Part shown: piece by piece, positions 51,800-64,000 of the stretch | Layout of the letters: each line of letters starts with the position of its first letter | Numbering within the stretch: the first letter of the stretch is position 1 | Source: Lama glama | Taxonomy: Eukaryota | Assembly: GCA_028534125.1 (NCBI GenBank) | Contig: CM052816.1 | Coordinates: 39,000,001-39,064,000 of the forward strand | Direction: 5' to 3' | Length of the DNA stretch: 64,000 nt | The notes under the pieces: model-generated | What the model saw: only the letters and a program-made list of their open reading frames with translations | Told to the model about the DNA's origin: nothing | Database searches by the model: none | Position numbers and translations under genes: made by a program

Positions 51800-54700
51800 G
51801 GAAGAAATCTAATGCCAGAACAGACAACAAAATCAATGGTCAAAGCAGAAATTTACTCCAGGTAAAGAAAACATTTAAAAATAAGTATGCTTAGAATGTT
51901 CAAAGAGATGAATAAGGCATAGTTTTTATTTTTAAAGGGCAACAAGTTATTAATCAACATCAGACAAGAGTGAAGTAAAACAGGTAAATATGAAATAGAG
52001 TTGATTATAAATCTTAGAAATGAAAAATACAGTCATTGAAATAAAAAAGTAATTACTTCAGTTATCTATTACAGTGTGAAAAAGTATCCCCAAAACACAG
52101 CAGCTTGAAACAACAGTTTTCTTATCATTTTGGGTCTGGACCTTGGGCAGTGCTCAGTTTGTAGCATTGGCGAGGATGACTTAACCTGGCTGCCATCAGC
52201 TAGTCTTAGAGGGTTCCAGAAGCCTTCGTTTACAAGCTTCAGGATTTTACCATGTGGCTTTTTTCTCTCCACATTGTGTCCTATCATTCATTAGTCTTCT
52301 CCATGCTTTAAAGTATGGTGGCTGATTTCCTTAAGAGTATGAAAGCAGAAGTGCCAGGTCTCTCAAAGGACTGGAGCTGACACATGTCTCTCCTGCTACA
52401 GTCTAGTGGTCAAACAAGCCCTAGGGCTGACCCAGATTCATGGAGAAGGGACATAGACCCAATCTCTTCCTGACAGGAATAGCAAAGTCCCCCACACAAA
52501 AGCCTGTGGGGTGGGAGTCAGTGTGTGATCACCTTTAGAAGCACAGTCTACCACAGCAGTAGGTGGAATAAACTGTATAGAGAAAAAAATTAGTGAATTA
52601 GAAGATGATATTGAGGAATTATCCCAGAGAGCAGCATGAAAAATAGATACAAACAAAATGAAAAGGCAGTTAAGAGAATAGATTGACAGGAAGAATAGTG
52701 CTCAGTGAATGACAGAGAAGCAATATTTTGTGGGATACCTGCTATAATTTCTCCAAAACTGAAGAAATAATTAGTCCTAGGTCAAGATAACCTGATAATA
52801 AGCAAAGTAAATACTAATAAATCTATACCTAGAAGTACTATAATCAAACTGCAAACCATCAGAGAAAAACATTATTTAAAGCTATTGGAGAGTTACTCTC
52901 CAATGGAATGTGAAACGAAACTTAAACTGATACATTCCGGAATGCAATGGAATATATTAAATGTCCTGAGAGAGAGTAATCTTCAATCTAGAATTTATAT
53001 ATAACTAACTATAAACCAGGAATGCCAGCAAATATAAGATATTTTCAGTCATTACAAGCCTTAAAAGAGTTTATGGTCCACAGACTGCAGTTAACTTTGC
53101 AGATAAAAAGTGAACTGAAAGCAAAGGATATAAGAAACAATGGAAATCACAGAAATTGATAGTATATGTTGGTAAATTTAATTATGTACAATTAAAACAA
53201 GTAATTGTACTGTCTTGTTGATATCAAAATTTTAAACAAAATAATATGATGGTGGTGGTGATGTAAAAGATCACCAAAGTTCTTGTCATTGTCAGGAGAA
53301 TCAAAATGTGGAATAACTGTAAGCGTTGTTAGAACAACTTATGGTTAATTACATACATTAAAATTTAAGATTAAGATCTAAGGTTAAAAAGCAGCAGAAG
53401 TTTGTGCAGAAAATATAGAATACTTTATCAAACCAACCAAAGGCAAAGGATTAAAAAGAGAAGACAAAAGAAGTTAACATAAAACATAAAATAAAGATGT
53501 CAGAAATAAGTCCAAACATATCTGGAATCACAATAATAAAATTAGATTTAACTTATCTATTAAAGAAAGGTGGTTGGATTAGATTTTTAAAAAATCTAAC
53601 CGTATGCCACTTACAAATAAAAAGCTGGGTAGCAATATGAAAAATATAAGGCATAAAGCATGAATAGACATAGTAGTGCTACATAACAATACAATGGACA
53701 GTCTATCAAGAATACATAATAATCGTAACTGTTTTCTATTCACATCATAGCCTCAAAATATAGAAAACCCAAACTGATAGAAAAACAGTTGGATAGGTCC
53801 TCAGTCACAATGAGATGTTAATGATATTCTGTCAGAAGTGGGTAACTTACAATGTCACAGACCAAAAATTAATAATGGTATATAGTAGAACTTTTGTGTG
53901 CTCCATGGGCTACTGGTCTGCTAGCATATTGTCCTTCTCATCTTGTGATTGTTTTGTGGGCTTGGGGCACTTGGAACATCCTTCCACCCACTACAGTTGT
54001 AAGCTGCCTAAAACACTTATAAAACTGATCATGTGCCAGCTCAAACTGGTGAGAAAAGATTTAAAAAGAAAACATAATATCTAACATATGGAACAAAACC
54101 AGAAAATCGGTACATTCATACACAGATTCCAGGTATTTAAATTGGTATAAATTCTCTGCAGTACGATTTGGCAATGCTTTTAAAAAGCTGTGGAATTTTG
54201 CATATCTTTTGATGCAGCAGGAACAATTCTAGAAAGTTTTGTTAAGAATATAATCACACGAATGGTCAAGTATGTATGCTTAAGGATGTTCATCATGGTG
54301 TTATGTGTAACGGAAAAATTGAAAATAACCTAAATGTCCAAATTCATGTAATTGGTTAAAATAAATATGCAATTATATAATAGAATAACATGTTGTATTA
54401 AAACAGATAGAGAAATGGACCAGCAAATATTTGGTGTTTGTAGCACAGATCCCCTAACCTGGCCTTGTGGAGACATTACTAAATGGATCAAAGTGTTCCT
54501 TCTCACTTAGAACATGGTCTCAGAATCCTCTTAATGTGAACTTCTAAGGAGCCATAATCAGGACCAGAGATAGAAGGAAACTTATGAGCCATACCTATTA
54601 TAGAGGAATAGCTAATGACAAAGGAAAATATTCATTATGCATTAAGGGGAAAAAGGAGAGTGCCAAGGAGTATACACTGCTGATTACAGTACATTTCTTT

Positions 54701-54810
54701 TAAAGAGTATGCATGCTTACCATATGTATAGAAAAAAGTATTGAATGTTAAAAGTAATCATTTTCAGGTGATGGGATTGTGTGTTTTTATCTTCTTAGTT
54801 TCATTTTCCA
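51800..54810 (+). mobile_element. Ancient fragmented L1M (ORF1 to 3' end) with internal insertions
   Basis: A-rich ORF1 signatures (attagtgaattagaagat, tcaatctagaattt) and a 3' signature (aaggatgttcatc...aaataacctaaatgtcca). Confidence 0.6.
52055..52555. mobile_element. MaLR MLT1-like LTR inserted in the old L1
   Basis: cagttatctatt...ccccaaaacacagcagcttgaaacaac...tctaccaca, interrupting ORF1-like sequence. Confidence 0.65.
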
Positions 54811-56588
54811 CAGTGAAGTATAAAAGGTAAAAGAGTTTTACTCATTTTTAAAGCCTAGCCTCTGAGAATCCTTGCTCATATTGAATCAGTTTCTCCCTTG
54901 ACTCCCTTGGGTTTCCGAGCCTTCTTCATCACACTTATCAGAGTTTGAACTTTGCTAGAGTAATCTGTGTAGGTGCATCTTTCTCCTCGGCTAGATTGGA
55001 GGCTCTGGAGTGTAATGATTCATGTCACTCAACGAAAGTGGATTGCTCTTAATAGGTGCGGACACATTTTGTTGAATTGAATTAGGTGAACCTTTGGAAC
55101 ACGTTTTCTTCTAAGTCAGATAGCAGTAATTCCATACACTCTATGCTCAAGTACAAAGTCAGTAACTGGAAACTCTAATTCCAAGGGTCTATGTGGAACC
55201 TTGAGAGGAGAGAAACTGGCTTGTCAGGCTTAGTGAAAAGTCCATTTGTGGAGCTTTCCCCATTCAATATTTTCATCTCATGCAAACAAAGGCAGATATT
55301 TTATTTTCACTGTATGGAACTTGGTAGAATGGATTATTTAGGGAATAATTTTCCAGTTTTCTATCTGAAGCTGAGAAAGAGTTCACCTTTTCAAAAGTTC
55401 TTGAAGATAGCAAAGGTAGACTATTTTCACCTCTGAACTCTGAAGGCTATGATGTGTTATTGTTAAGAAAGGCTGAGCTAGAATAATTTCTCTACAGGGC
55501 AGGATACTCAGGGATGCGGTAAAGCAATTCCCTACTCTGATGCCCTCTCTGTATCTTCAGAAGTAATTTTTGGTAGGATGCACATGAAAGAGGAAGTAAT
55601 TTAAACTCAGGACCAGAAGTGGAGCAGGAGGGAGAAACTTCTAGTGCCTACTTAAGGGAACAAGGAACTTGAGAAGCTAACCTGGACCTGAAAAAAGGCA
55701 CGGGAGCTGAAGAATAGATGTTCAGGACAATTAAACTAAACATTATTACCCGCTCATTTTTTCTTGAGTTAAGGCTTAAATAATAACAAATTATAATGCT
55801 GGACTCCATGTCATTCACTGTTTTGCTTTTATATTGGTCATTACCAAACCTTTCCAGGAAAGGAAAAAAATGCCTTCTTTTTAATAATCTTCAAAGAAGG
55901 AATGTATATAACCCTTCTTGGTAAACTATTCCAGAGTTGAGCAACACATACTTTAAACAGGGAAGGGCATTACATATATAAATAACTGACAGTAAAATTT
56001 AAGACTGTGCCCTTTTGCTCTATGCTTAATAGATACGAGACTAGTGATCCTGGTTCTCAGTATTATCAAACTTCATATATGTGACAACGGGTACCAGCAC
56101 CAGAGTTACGATTATTAGGGAGCTAGCAATAGGAGATTTAGATGTGCCTAAAGTTTACTCCAATTACTTGTAGGTGGTTAAAGTGGCCATTTGAATGGCA
56201 GAATCATTATGTCTACACCTGTATGTAATATTGCATGTCATGGAGCCACATCCAAGCAAATACAGTAATAACATCGTAACGAATTTTCCCACTTTTCTCT
56301 TCTCCATGTTCAATAACCTGGCCCCTTTTTCTTCAGAAGCCTTCATTTTAAAATATTCAATCATAAAAACATGAGATTTTAGAGTTGGACAGGAATGCTA
56401 AAGTCATCTACTAATCTCATAATTTTCCAGGTGAGAACACTGGAGGACTAGAGGGTCTCGGGTAGTAAGAGAGCTGGCATAGAATACAATGTTCTGACCT
56501 TAGGCCTTGGGCTTTCAGCACCTCGTCGTTACATTACTCTGCCTCTTCCCGCTCAGCCAGGTGTTTTCATTTAGAGACACGTGTACAG

Positions 56589-56887
56589 CAGTGCTACTCC
56601 AAGTTTTGTTCGTGGACCTGTGTTCATTCAGGAATGTTTGTTACTGGTCCATCATGAGACAAATAAGGAAAGTGAAAGTAAGCATTTAAAAACTTGCATA
56701 AGCAATTTGACAGCCTAGTTTATGTCTGTTGAATGAAATAAACAATTCGGAATTGTGTTTTTTATGTCTGGTTTTGTAATTTTGTTTACCTTACAGTTTA
56801 TTTTTATAGTATTTTATAAAAACATCGTTCTTCAGTGGATTACAAATAAAAATCAGTCTGTCACCACAGATGGATTGAAAAGCACTG
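56589..56887. mobile_element. hAT-Charlie-like non-autonomous DNA element
   Basis: Terminal inverted repeats CAGTGCT...AGCACTG about 300 bp apart. Confidence 0.5.
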
Positions 56888-59800
56888 GTCTGAGTGGGTT
56901 ACTGGGTTTTCATTAACAACTGACAGGACATTAATGAACGGGATGCTTATAAATGTATGAGTAACGAAAAGAAATGACTTTAGTATTTTCTATTATGATG
57001 GACCTGGATACATTGAGAAGTTTATGGGAAATAAGACAGGAAAAGCTGAAGAACGTTGAGTTACATATGGCACATTTTCATGGCATTGTTCTAATTACTC
57101 TCCAGTTTTTAAAGTTCTTTTAGAAATGTGATTTTTTTGCAAAGGTCAAGAAATCTTTTAAAAATTTATAGCACATAGGACAATTATTGAGTTTTTAATA
57201 CATTTCCAGCATATTTTTAACATACAATCAAGATCACTCTCCTTTTCTTTAATTTGTATTTTCTTCCTGAGTTTGTCAGTACCTGCACCAAGTTACCCAG
57301 CCAACTTCATTGGACTCACTAGTCAGATTTTGCCATGATTGTAAAAGTTCTAATTCAGTCGTCTGGCTTTTCTTTCATCTCTAGATTCAATAGGCATAAT
57401 TGTCTCTTTTATCCAAGTCAAAGAAAAATGCAAGGGTGTTTGAATGCAGTACCAGTCACAGTGAAATATGCCTGGATAGCTCCTCCAGGGTTGATAATGA
57501 CCTACTGATAACTGCTCCCTCAGACACTAACCGTTTATTAACCCATATAATGCAATAAAGGCAGACTCCCAGCAACCTCAACTACCTGACACAGCTTAAA
57601 CCTGAATGTGCAAGAAACCTCTGTAAGCAGTGAATGAGAGCGATCATAAAAGCTGCACGTGTTTCTAAATACGAGGTCAGAAGCATGGAGCTGCGCCAGG
57701 TCAGAGAGAAGAGCCTTAGTGTTGTGTGTGGGCTCAGGCTGGGAGCTGATGCTGTTCTTCTTGCCCTGAATAGCCTGGCCAGCCCATACCCTGACTCCTC
57801 AAACACTACCTCCTCTGTCGAGTCCACTCTAAGACCTTCACTCTCAGTACACTGACAAGGTCTTGCATGTATGTACTTCAATGACTCTTCTCTAACTTTG
57901 TGGTAATTTTTTGTTTACACATCTGGCTGCCAGTCTTTTCCAATGAACAGACAGAAGGCAGGGACTGTATTTTGTGTATATTTGTATCCTTAGCACCTTG
58001 TACATAATAAGCATTCAACAGTGCTGAAAGAATGAAATGTGATTTCACTTTCAGTTCTTCTGAAATATAAAAGGATCCATGCAGCCCCAGCTATTGTATT
58101 TTTCCTTAGGAGACAAAAAATGTGTAAAAGAGGCTGGAGTAGAAGGTACTTGTGTCAAGAATAAAGCTCATGACTGCATTCCTTCTCCTGGTGCCATTTA
58201 TTAATCTACCCACCCTGATGTCTGACTCTTACTTGCCTTGATCAATGGAGAGCTGACTGACTCTTCTTGTCGGAGTAGGTGTACCCCTTCCCCTCTCGCC
58301 TCCTCCAGACTTTCTCATGTCTAGCACAAGCTGTTCTGCTTTCTCTTCTTTACTCTTAATTGATAAATGTGCACCATGTAAACTACTAATTATAAAATAT
58401 GAATACTAAATATGAAATAATGAATTTATAGCAAGCCCATATTTTGTGTTAAGCTTCTTATTATATACAGTGGACACATAGACGAGCAATGAGTAATCAT
58501 TGCTCTTGAGGATTTCAGAATTTAATGAGAAATAGATGAGTTAATAAGTTATTAAGTTACCTAGAGCTAGCATGAATTGAACAATCTCTCTGACAAGGCT
58601 TCTACTTTTGTAATCTCATTTACTTTTCATCAAATAACACTATTATTATTCCCATTTCACAGATAAGTAAAGTGAATCTTGGGGAGGCTGTGTACGTTGC
58701 TCAAGATCTCATTATCTGTAAGAAACGGAATGAAGAGATTTAAACTTAAGGTGTTTGAATACCAAGTCTGCACCTGAAATTGTGCTTTATCATCTCTTTA
58801 TGGACATTTGGGTCCCTTCCCAATCTCCTTTCCTGTGTTATCTAGAAAATTCACTGGTGTGAGAAGAGTAAACCTCATCTTCCATTTATGTCTGATAGAT
58901 TAGCAGGTACTATAGCTGTCATGTGTAGACTTATTTTCTTGTAATGTTAATGAAGAACATCACGCAGAATCTTCAGTAAATTTGTAAGAGATTAAAATCT
59001 ATAGCTCTGCCCTAACAAATCAGGCCTATTACCTTCGCATATATTAAATTCTTATTTTTTAATTTATTATTAGAAAAACAAGCTGGTTAATACTCATTGC
59101 CCTATTTTCCATAAGGATCTTGCAAACCATTTTGGCCTTGCTTTCTTCTCAGTATTCTTTCCAGGTAAACTAGTAAGTTTTTTGTTCTAATTATCCAGTT
59201 TTTCCTTTCTAAAATAGAATCACCTTTCTTGTCTTTTGAAATCTATCCAATCTTGTTCAAACGCTCAAAAACCACAGCTAGTTGACCCATAAAGACCCTG
59301 AAAATTTCATAAACACCTTGTTACGAAAATAATCAAGCACTGAAGATTTGAATCCATTTAATTTACTCCCAGGTATCCTCCTACTGTGGCTTAATTTCTT
59401 ACTCTTCCATCTTCTGTTAAGATCTGTTCTGTTTCTAATTATAGTTAACTTTACTAACATAATTTTTAATATTACCTATGGTCAAATCTTCATTGCACTA
59501 TAGCAGAAAAAAACAGTGTGCCCCTTTGTTATTCGTATGGTGAGATATGAATCATACTGAGCAAGAGTCATGTTTTTTTATAAGATAGCAAATCCTTGTC
59601 TTATTCTTCAGGTGACTGGCACTAACTAAAGAGTGGAAAATTCTCTACTTTACGTTAATGTTTCTCTGATACTTTTTCCCCATAAAAACAAAACAGAAAC
59701 CCCCTAATGTGTTGAAACAATAGGTATTGATTGGTAACTCACTGGTTAATGAATGTGTAAGTGAGTGCTTGATAAAAATTTTTGAGTTGTACTTTTATTT

Positions 59801-60099
59801 GAATTACTTTATGCAAAATTCAAAACTATCTATGTACCTCAGTAATCCCACTACCCAAGAAGAAGCAATAGTCAATTCAGTATATTTAAGTAGAACCAAC
59901 ACATTGAATTTTGCCAAGTATTTTATTAATGCTGCAATTATTTTTTTCTATTTCTAGTGGGATTTAAATAACGAGAATTAAGTTGATATATTATCAAATC
60001 AAGCAGCAGAGTATTTCTTGAGAGTTTCATTTCAAGAGATATTCCTGCATCAAAGACATTTGTTATATCATGTTGGTTTACTCATACAATGTAGTATGA

Positions 60100-60512
60100 T
60101 GCATTAGCCAGGGTCCTCTTGAGAAAAGAGCCAATAGAATGTGTGCATATATATGAAGAGGTTTATCTTAGGAAATTGACTTACATGTTTGTGGAGGCTG
60201 GCAAGTTTCAGTTCTGCAGGAGAGGCCAGCAGGCTGGAGACTCAAGGAGGAGCTGATGTAGCTTCAGTCCAAACGCAGTCTATAGGCAGAATTTCCTTCT
60301 TCCTTTGGAGACCTCAGTTTTAACTTAACACCTTCAATTGATTAGATGAGGTTCACCCCCATCATAGAAAATAATCTGCGTTTTAAAGTCTGCTGATTTA
60401 AATGTTAGTCACATCTAAAAACTACCTAAATTAGCAACATCCTGACTGATGTTCGACCAAATATCTGAGCGCTGTAGCTTAGCTGAGTTGGCATATAAAA
60501 TTAACCATCACA
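60100..60512. mobile_element. ERVL MLT2-like solo LTR
   Basis: tgcattagccagggt...ggaggctggcaagt...gcaggctggagactca...ataaaattaaccatcaca. Confidence 0.85.
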
Positions 60513-61795
60513 AGTGGTCATGTTTTCAACCTGTTCTTAATTATTTCAAAATTCACTACAAAATTTTAAGATAGTACTCAAAATAAGTGAAGTGAGAACA
60601 ACTTTCTAGAGTAGATGCAAGAAAAATTTATAAGATCTCATATAAGAAAGGAGACCAAACTGAGGCCATTTTTCTCCAGTCCACTTCAGGCATAAGTGTT
60701 TTCTAATGTGGAGATGCAGTTTGAAACTAAGAAGTTTGATGTCTATAAAAACTGTGTCATCTCTGAGCTAAACACCATCATGAGCTAAATAACAAAGATT
60801 ATTGTTTCTCCAAAGAAGAAGTAAGAGAAGCATCCACACATGGATTTCTTGCCTTGCATAAGAAGCTGTAAACTGTTTATGGACAGGAATGACATATCGC
60901 TTTTCCTCTGCATCTCACTGATGTCAGCTTGTTAATGGATAGTTTAAGTGGAAAAGTGAATCTCTGAAAAAAAACAAGTCATAGATTCAGTAAACAAAGA
61001 GTTTGAGTAAAGCCAAAAGGACATCAAGGGAAGAGTGAAGTGTAGGAACTGAGTGATTATTGGGCCAGTGAAGGAGGAGATCAGGTACTATGAGTGGTGA
61101 GGGCATAAGAGATGCTGGGGCAAGAGGCTGTTGGTTAAAAAAAAAAAAAGCAGTGAACCAGCACCTTGATCACAGAAGAGTGCTTTTTGACAGTGTGTTT
61201 CCCCTGAGAATGTAAGTTTACTGAGGTAGAGATAGATGTATGCCATTGATGTGATCAGAATATCACTATCTTCAGGTGGCTCATAATTCATGCATATAGC
61301 ATATGTTACTTGGGGTGATGGCAAAGGATATGGGTTGGGAGGAAAAATATGAGCCAAGTACCATGTTATGTAGAAATGCTGGAGAAGTTCATGAAAGCTG
61401 TATATGAAAACAGCATTTGTTAGTATTAAGGTAATTGATAGACATTTATGAAGGTGAAAGACAACAACAGCACTTTTGAAAGGCATTAAGGCTTTCAAGA
61501 ATGAGAAGCCCAGAGAAGGTGTTCTTTCCTGATTCTTAAATGGCACTGGGAATGGAAAATTACGTCAGTTCAAGGGCTGGTTTGGAAGAAGTAAGGCTAA
61601 ACTAAAATATGTGTGGACTGACTTGGATGAGTGTTTAGTAGATGCAACTGAGGTAAAAAGTCTGAATCAAGACTGGTTGGTTTGGAGAACAGTGTTTCAG
61701 AAACTATAGGCTGGGAAGAAGTGAAGGTCATATATTAAAGACAAAATCATCTTTCCTAGAAAAACTGGGGGATTTAATGCTTTATGAACCTTGTT

Positions 61796-61797
<2 letters not shown>

Positions 61798-61833
<36 letters not shown>
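61798..61833. repeat. (AC)18 microsatellite
   Basis: Perfect dinucleotide run. Confidence 0.97.
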
Positions 61834-61836
<3 letters not shown>

Positions 61837-62817
61837 AGCAATGTAAACAGCAATGCCTCAGATTCTATTAAAATAATTAGGAGTAAAGTTAAAATTATGA
61901 AGAATAGCAGAATGTCTTGTTTAATTGCTAATATTTAAGGACATTGACTTCAAACAATCTTTACATACAAAATATTTTTAAAAGTTCAATCTTTGTTAAA
62001 AGAGTTCCAAAGAATGTTGTTATATGATGTTAAAATATGTACAAAGTATATACAGCCTTTAGAATCAAATTTCCTATCTAGTGGATTAAAAATGTCGTCA
62101 ATGATATACAAAACTTGGGAAATAGGATGAAGAGTAAAAGTGAAAACACAGTAAAGCAGTTAGTAATCTCCAACCTATTATGGTGGATGGACCAAAAACA
62201 CTACCAGTTTGCTATTTGCACATGAATGATGGATGGTGATTTACAGTGCTAAAATAAATCCAAATGACAATTTATCTACTAGATATTCTGCTTCCAATAC
62301 TGTTTTGAATCAAGAAATTTACTAAAACAAGTGCCAGACTCTGAGTTCATTAATGTTAAACTGACACATCTGCCTTTTACCATATGATTCAACTCCAAAG
62401 GGAAATGCAGGTAGAACCCTGGCCTCAGTTCAGAGAACAGCTTATAAAGGAGAGCTAAGCGCTGATCGCCAAGTCTTCTGAGTCCTTTGATAGGCTTCTG
62501 GCATTTACTGCTTACTCTCTTGCCTTTCATGCCGAAGCTTTTGTCTCCTTTGAGGGTTTGTTCTAAGGAGCAGACACAAAGAAATATTTCCATATATCTG
62601 GTTATGCCAGTTGCTCTGTCACATGTGGGATACCATTAACTTTGGGAATCCACCCATCTCATTACTGCACAAAGAACAATCAGCTCTGCAGATTTTCCCC
62701 TGCAGACCACAGCAACATGTCCTCTGTGGAGAGAAGCATAAAAGCTCTCTGTCTCATCCTGAGAGAGGAGGATTTATTCTCCTTCTCTACATGAACCTGA
62801 CAAGGGCATGCTTTAGC

Positions 62818-63093
62818 AGTACAGCTTTGACCCATGGGTTGCAGAACTGGACTAAATAACTGAGCACCTTGTGAAAGTCCTCTAGGAGATGTCTCTTCCA
62901 AGACAATGTAGTACAACTTTGACCCATGGGTTGCAGAACTGGACTAAATAACTGAGTACCTTGTGAAAGTCCTCTAGGAGATGTCTCTTCCAAGACAATG
63001 TAGTACAGCTTTGACCCATGGGTTGCAGAACTGGACTAAATAACTGAGTACCTTGTGAAAGTCCTCTAGGAGATGTCTCTTCCAAGACAATGT
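62818..63093. repeat. 92-bp tandem repeat, 3 near-identical copies
   Basis: Units start at 62818, 62910 and 63002 (agtacagctttgacccatggg...caagacaatgt), with two variant sites in total. Confidence 0.97.
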
Positions 63094-63139
63094 GTGCTTC
63101 TTGAAAATGTATAAAGGAAAAGCTTTGGGCTTGAAATGA

Positions 63140-63550
63140 AAAGACATGATTTTGAATCTAATCCCACAGCTTGCTAGCTGTGCAAAATTAGGCAAGTGTC
63201 CTTTCAGAGTCTCCTTATAAAATGAGAATAATAGAGTTTACCCTCAGGCTGCTGTGGAGAAGTAATGAGATGGTATATGAGCAATAACCTGGCAACAATC
63301 CTGGTCCAAAAAAAGCTGCTCAATAAATGGCTAAATCTGTCATGTTCTTAGTGGGCAACTGATAGAGGCCAGCCATTGTGCTAAGTGCTTTCCAGATACC
63401 ACGTCAATGAGTCCTCCCCACCATCTGGTGAGGGAGCCGTTGTTTATCCCTGTGGCTCTCAGGGAGAAATGAAAGCTGAGAGAATCAGATAACCTGCCCA
63501 AGTCACCCAACAGTAAGTATAAATCCTGGGATTTGAACTCATCTGATGAC
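63140..63550. mobile_element. Two MIR remnants in opposite orientation
   Basis: ggcaagt...ataaaatgagaataata, then tgtgctaagtgcttt...aacctgcccaagtcacc...ggatttgaactc. Confidence 0.65.
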
Positions 63551-64000
63551 ACACTCTTTCCTTTAGCCTGCACTGGCTCTGAATTTGAAGTAGACAGTTA
63601 AAGAGCCATAAAAAAGGAATAGATTGGAACTCTACTGGGCTCCTGTCCTCATATCCTGGTTACTTGACACTTGTCCTACTTGACCCTTATTACTTGATAG
63701 TTCTCCAAGATCACTAGACTGTTTCTTGATCTGTTTTATTCTTTGTTGTTGTTATTATTATTAATGTATCAAGTACAGTCCCTGGAGTATAGTGGAACTT
63801 CAGTAAAAGGTTTTTGAATGATAATTTCATGTGCAGGGTGGAGATAAAAATGTGGAAGTTGCATGGAGGGAGTAAGGCCCACAATTGCTCAGGAGAGGAA
63901 GAATGATGAATGATTATGGGTTCAAACATGACTGTCCCCAAATTAGTAAAAACTTACAAGAGAGTTTTGGACTGCTAGGTCATTCCAAAGAGTCCTTAAA

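Noticed and set aside
61088..61546. 152-aa minus-strand ORF
   Set aside because: No recognisable domain or splice context, and it crosses a poly-A tract. Probably a chance ORF.
62818..63093. CRISPR-like array or repeated small ORFs
   Set aside because: Head-to-tail units with no unique spacers in eukaryotic DNA. The ORFs are by-products of the repeat.
57000..64000. PPIP5K2 terminal exons expected from human synteny
   Set aside because: I recognised no PPIP5K2 coding sequence. A distal 3'UTR cannot be identified from sequence alone.

Overview
Mammalian genomic DNA, probably camelid (a tRNA-Ala-derived Vic-1-like SINE is present). The only supportable protein-coding gene is MACIR (C5orf30) on the minus strand. 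It has a CpG-island promoter with non-coding exon 1 (~16072-16250), a 90-nt non-coding exon 2 (9224-9313) and a single coding exon (acceptor at 1547, CDS 1524-901, 207 aa), and its 3'UTR runs off the left edge. The remaining ~47 kb upstream of the gene is intergenic and repeat-rich: old and young L1, MIR/L2, MaLR/ERVL/ERV1 LTRs, MER5-type hAT MITEs and tandem repeats. It also holds a 500-N scaffold gap bordered by oppositely oriented young L1 ORF2 fragments. I see no convincing new biological system. The best leads are a 13-codon uORF confined to MACIR exon 2, the convergent L1 ends at the gap, a nested solo-LTR pair, a strong CTCF-like site with an upstream motif, and a near-perfect 3x92-bp tandem triplication. 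Repeat family names come from recognition only and were not confirmed by a search.
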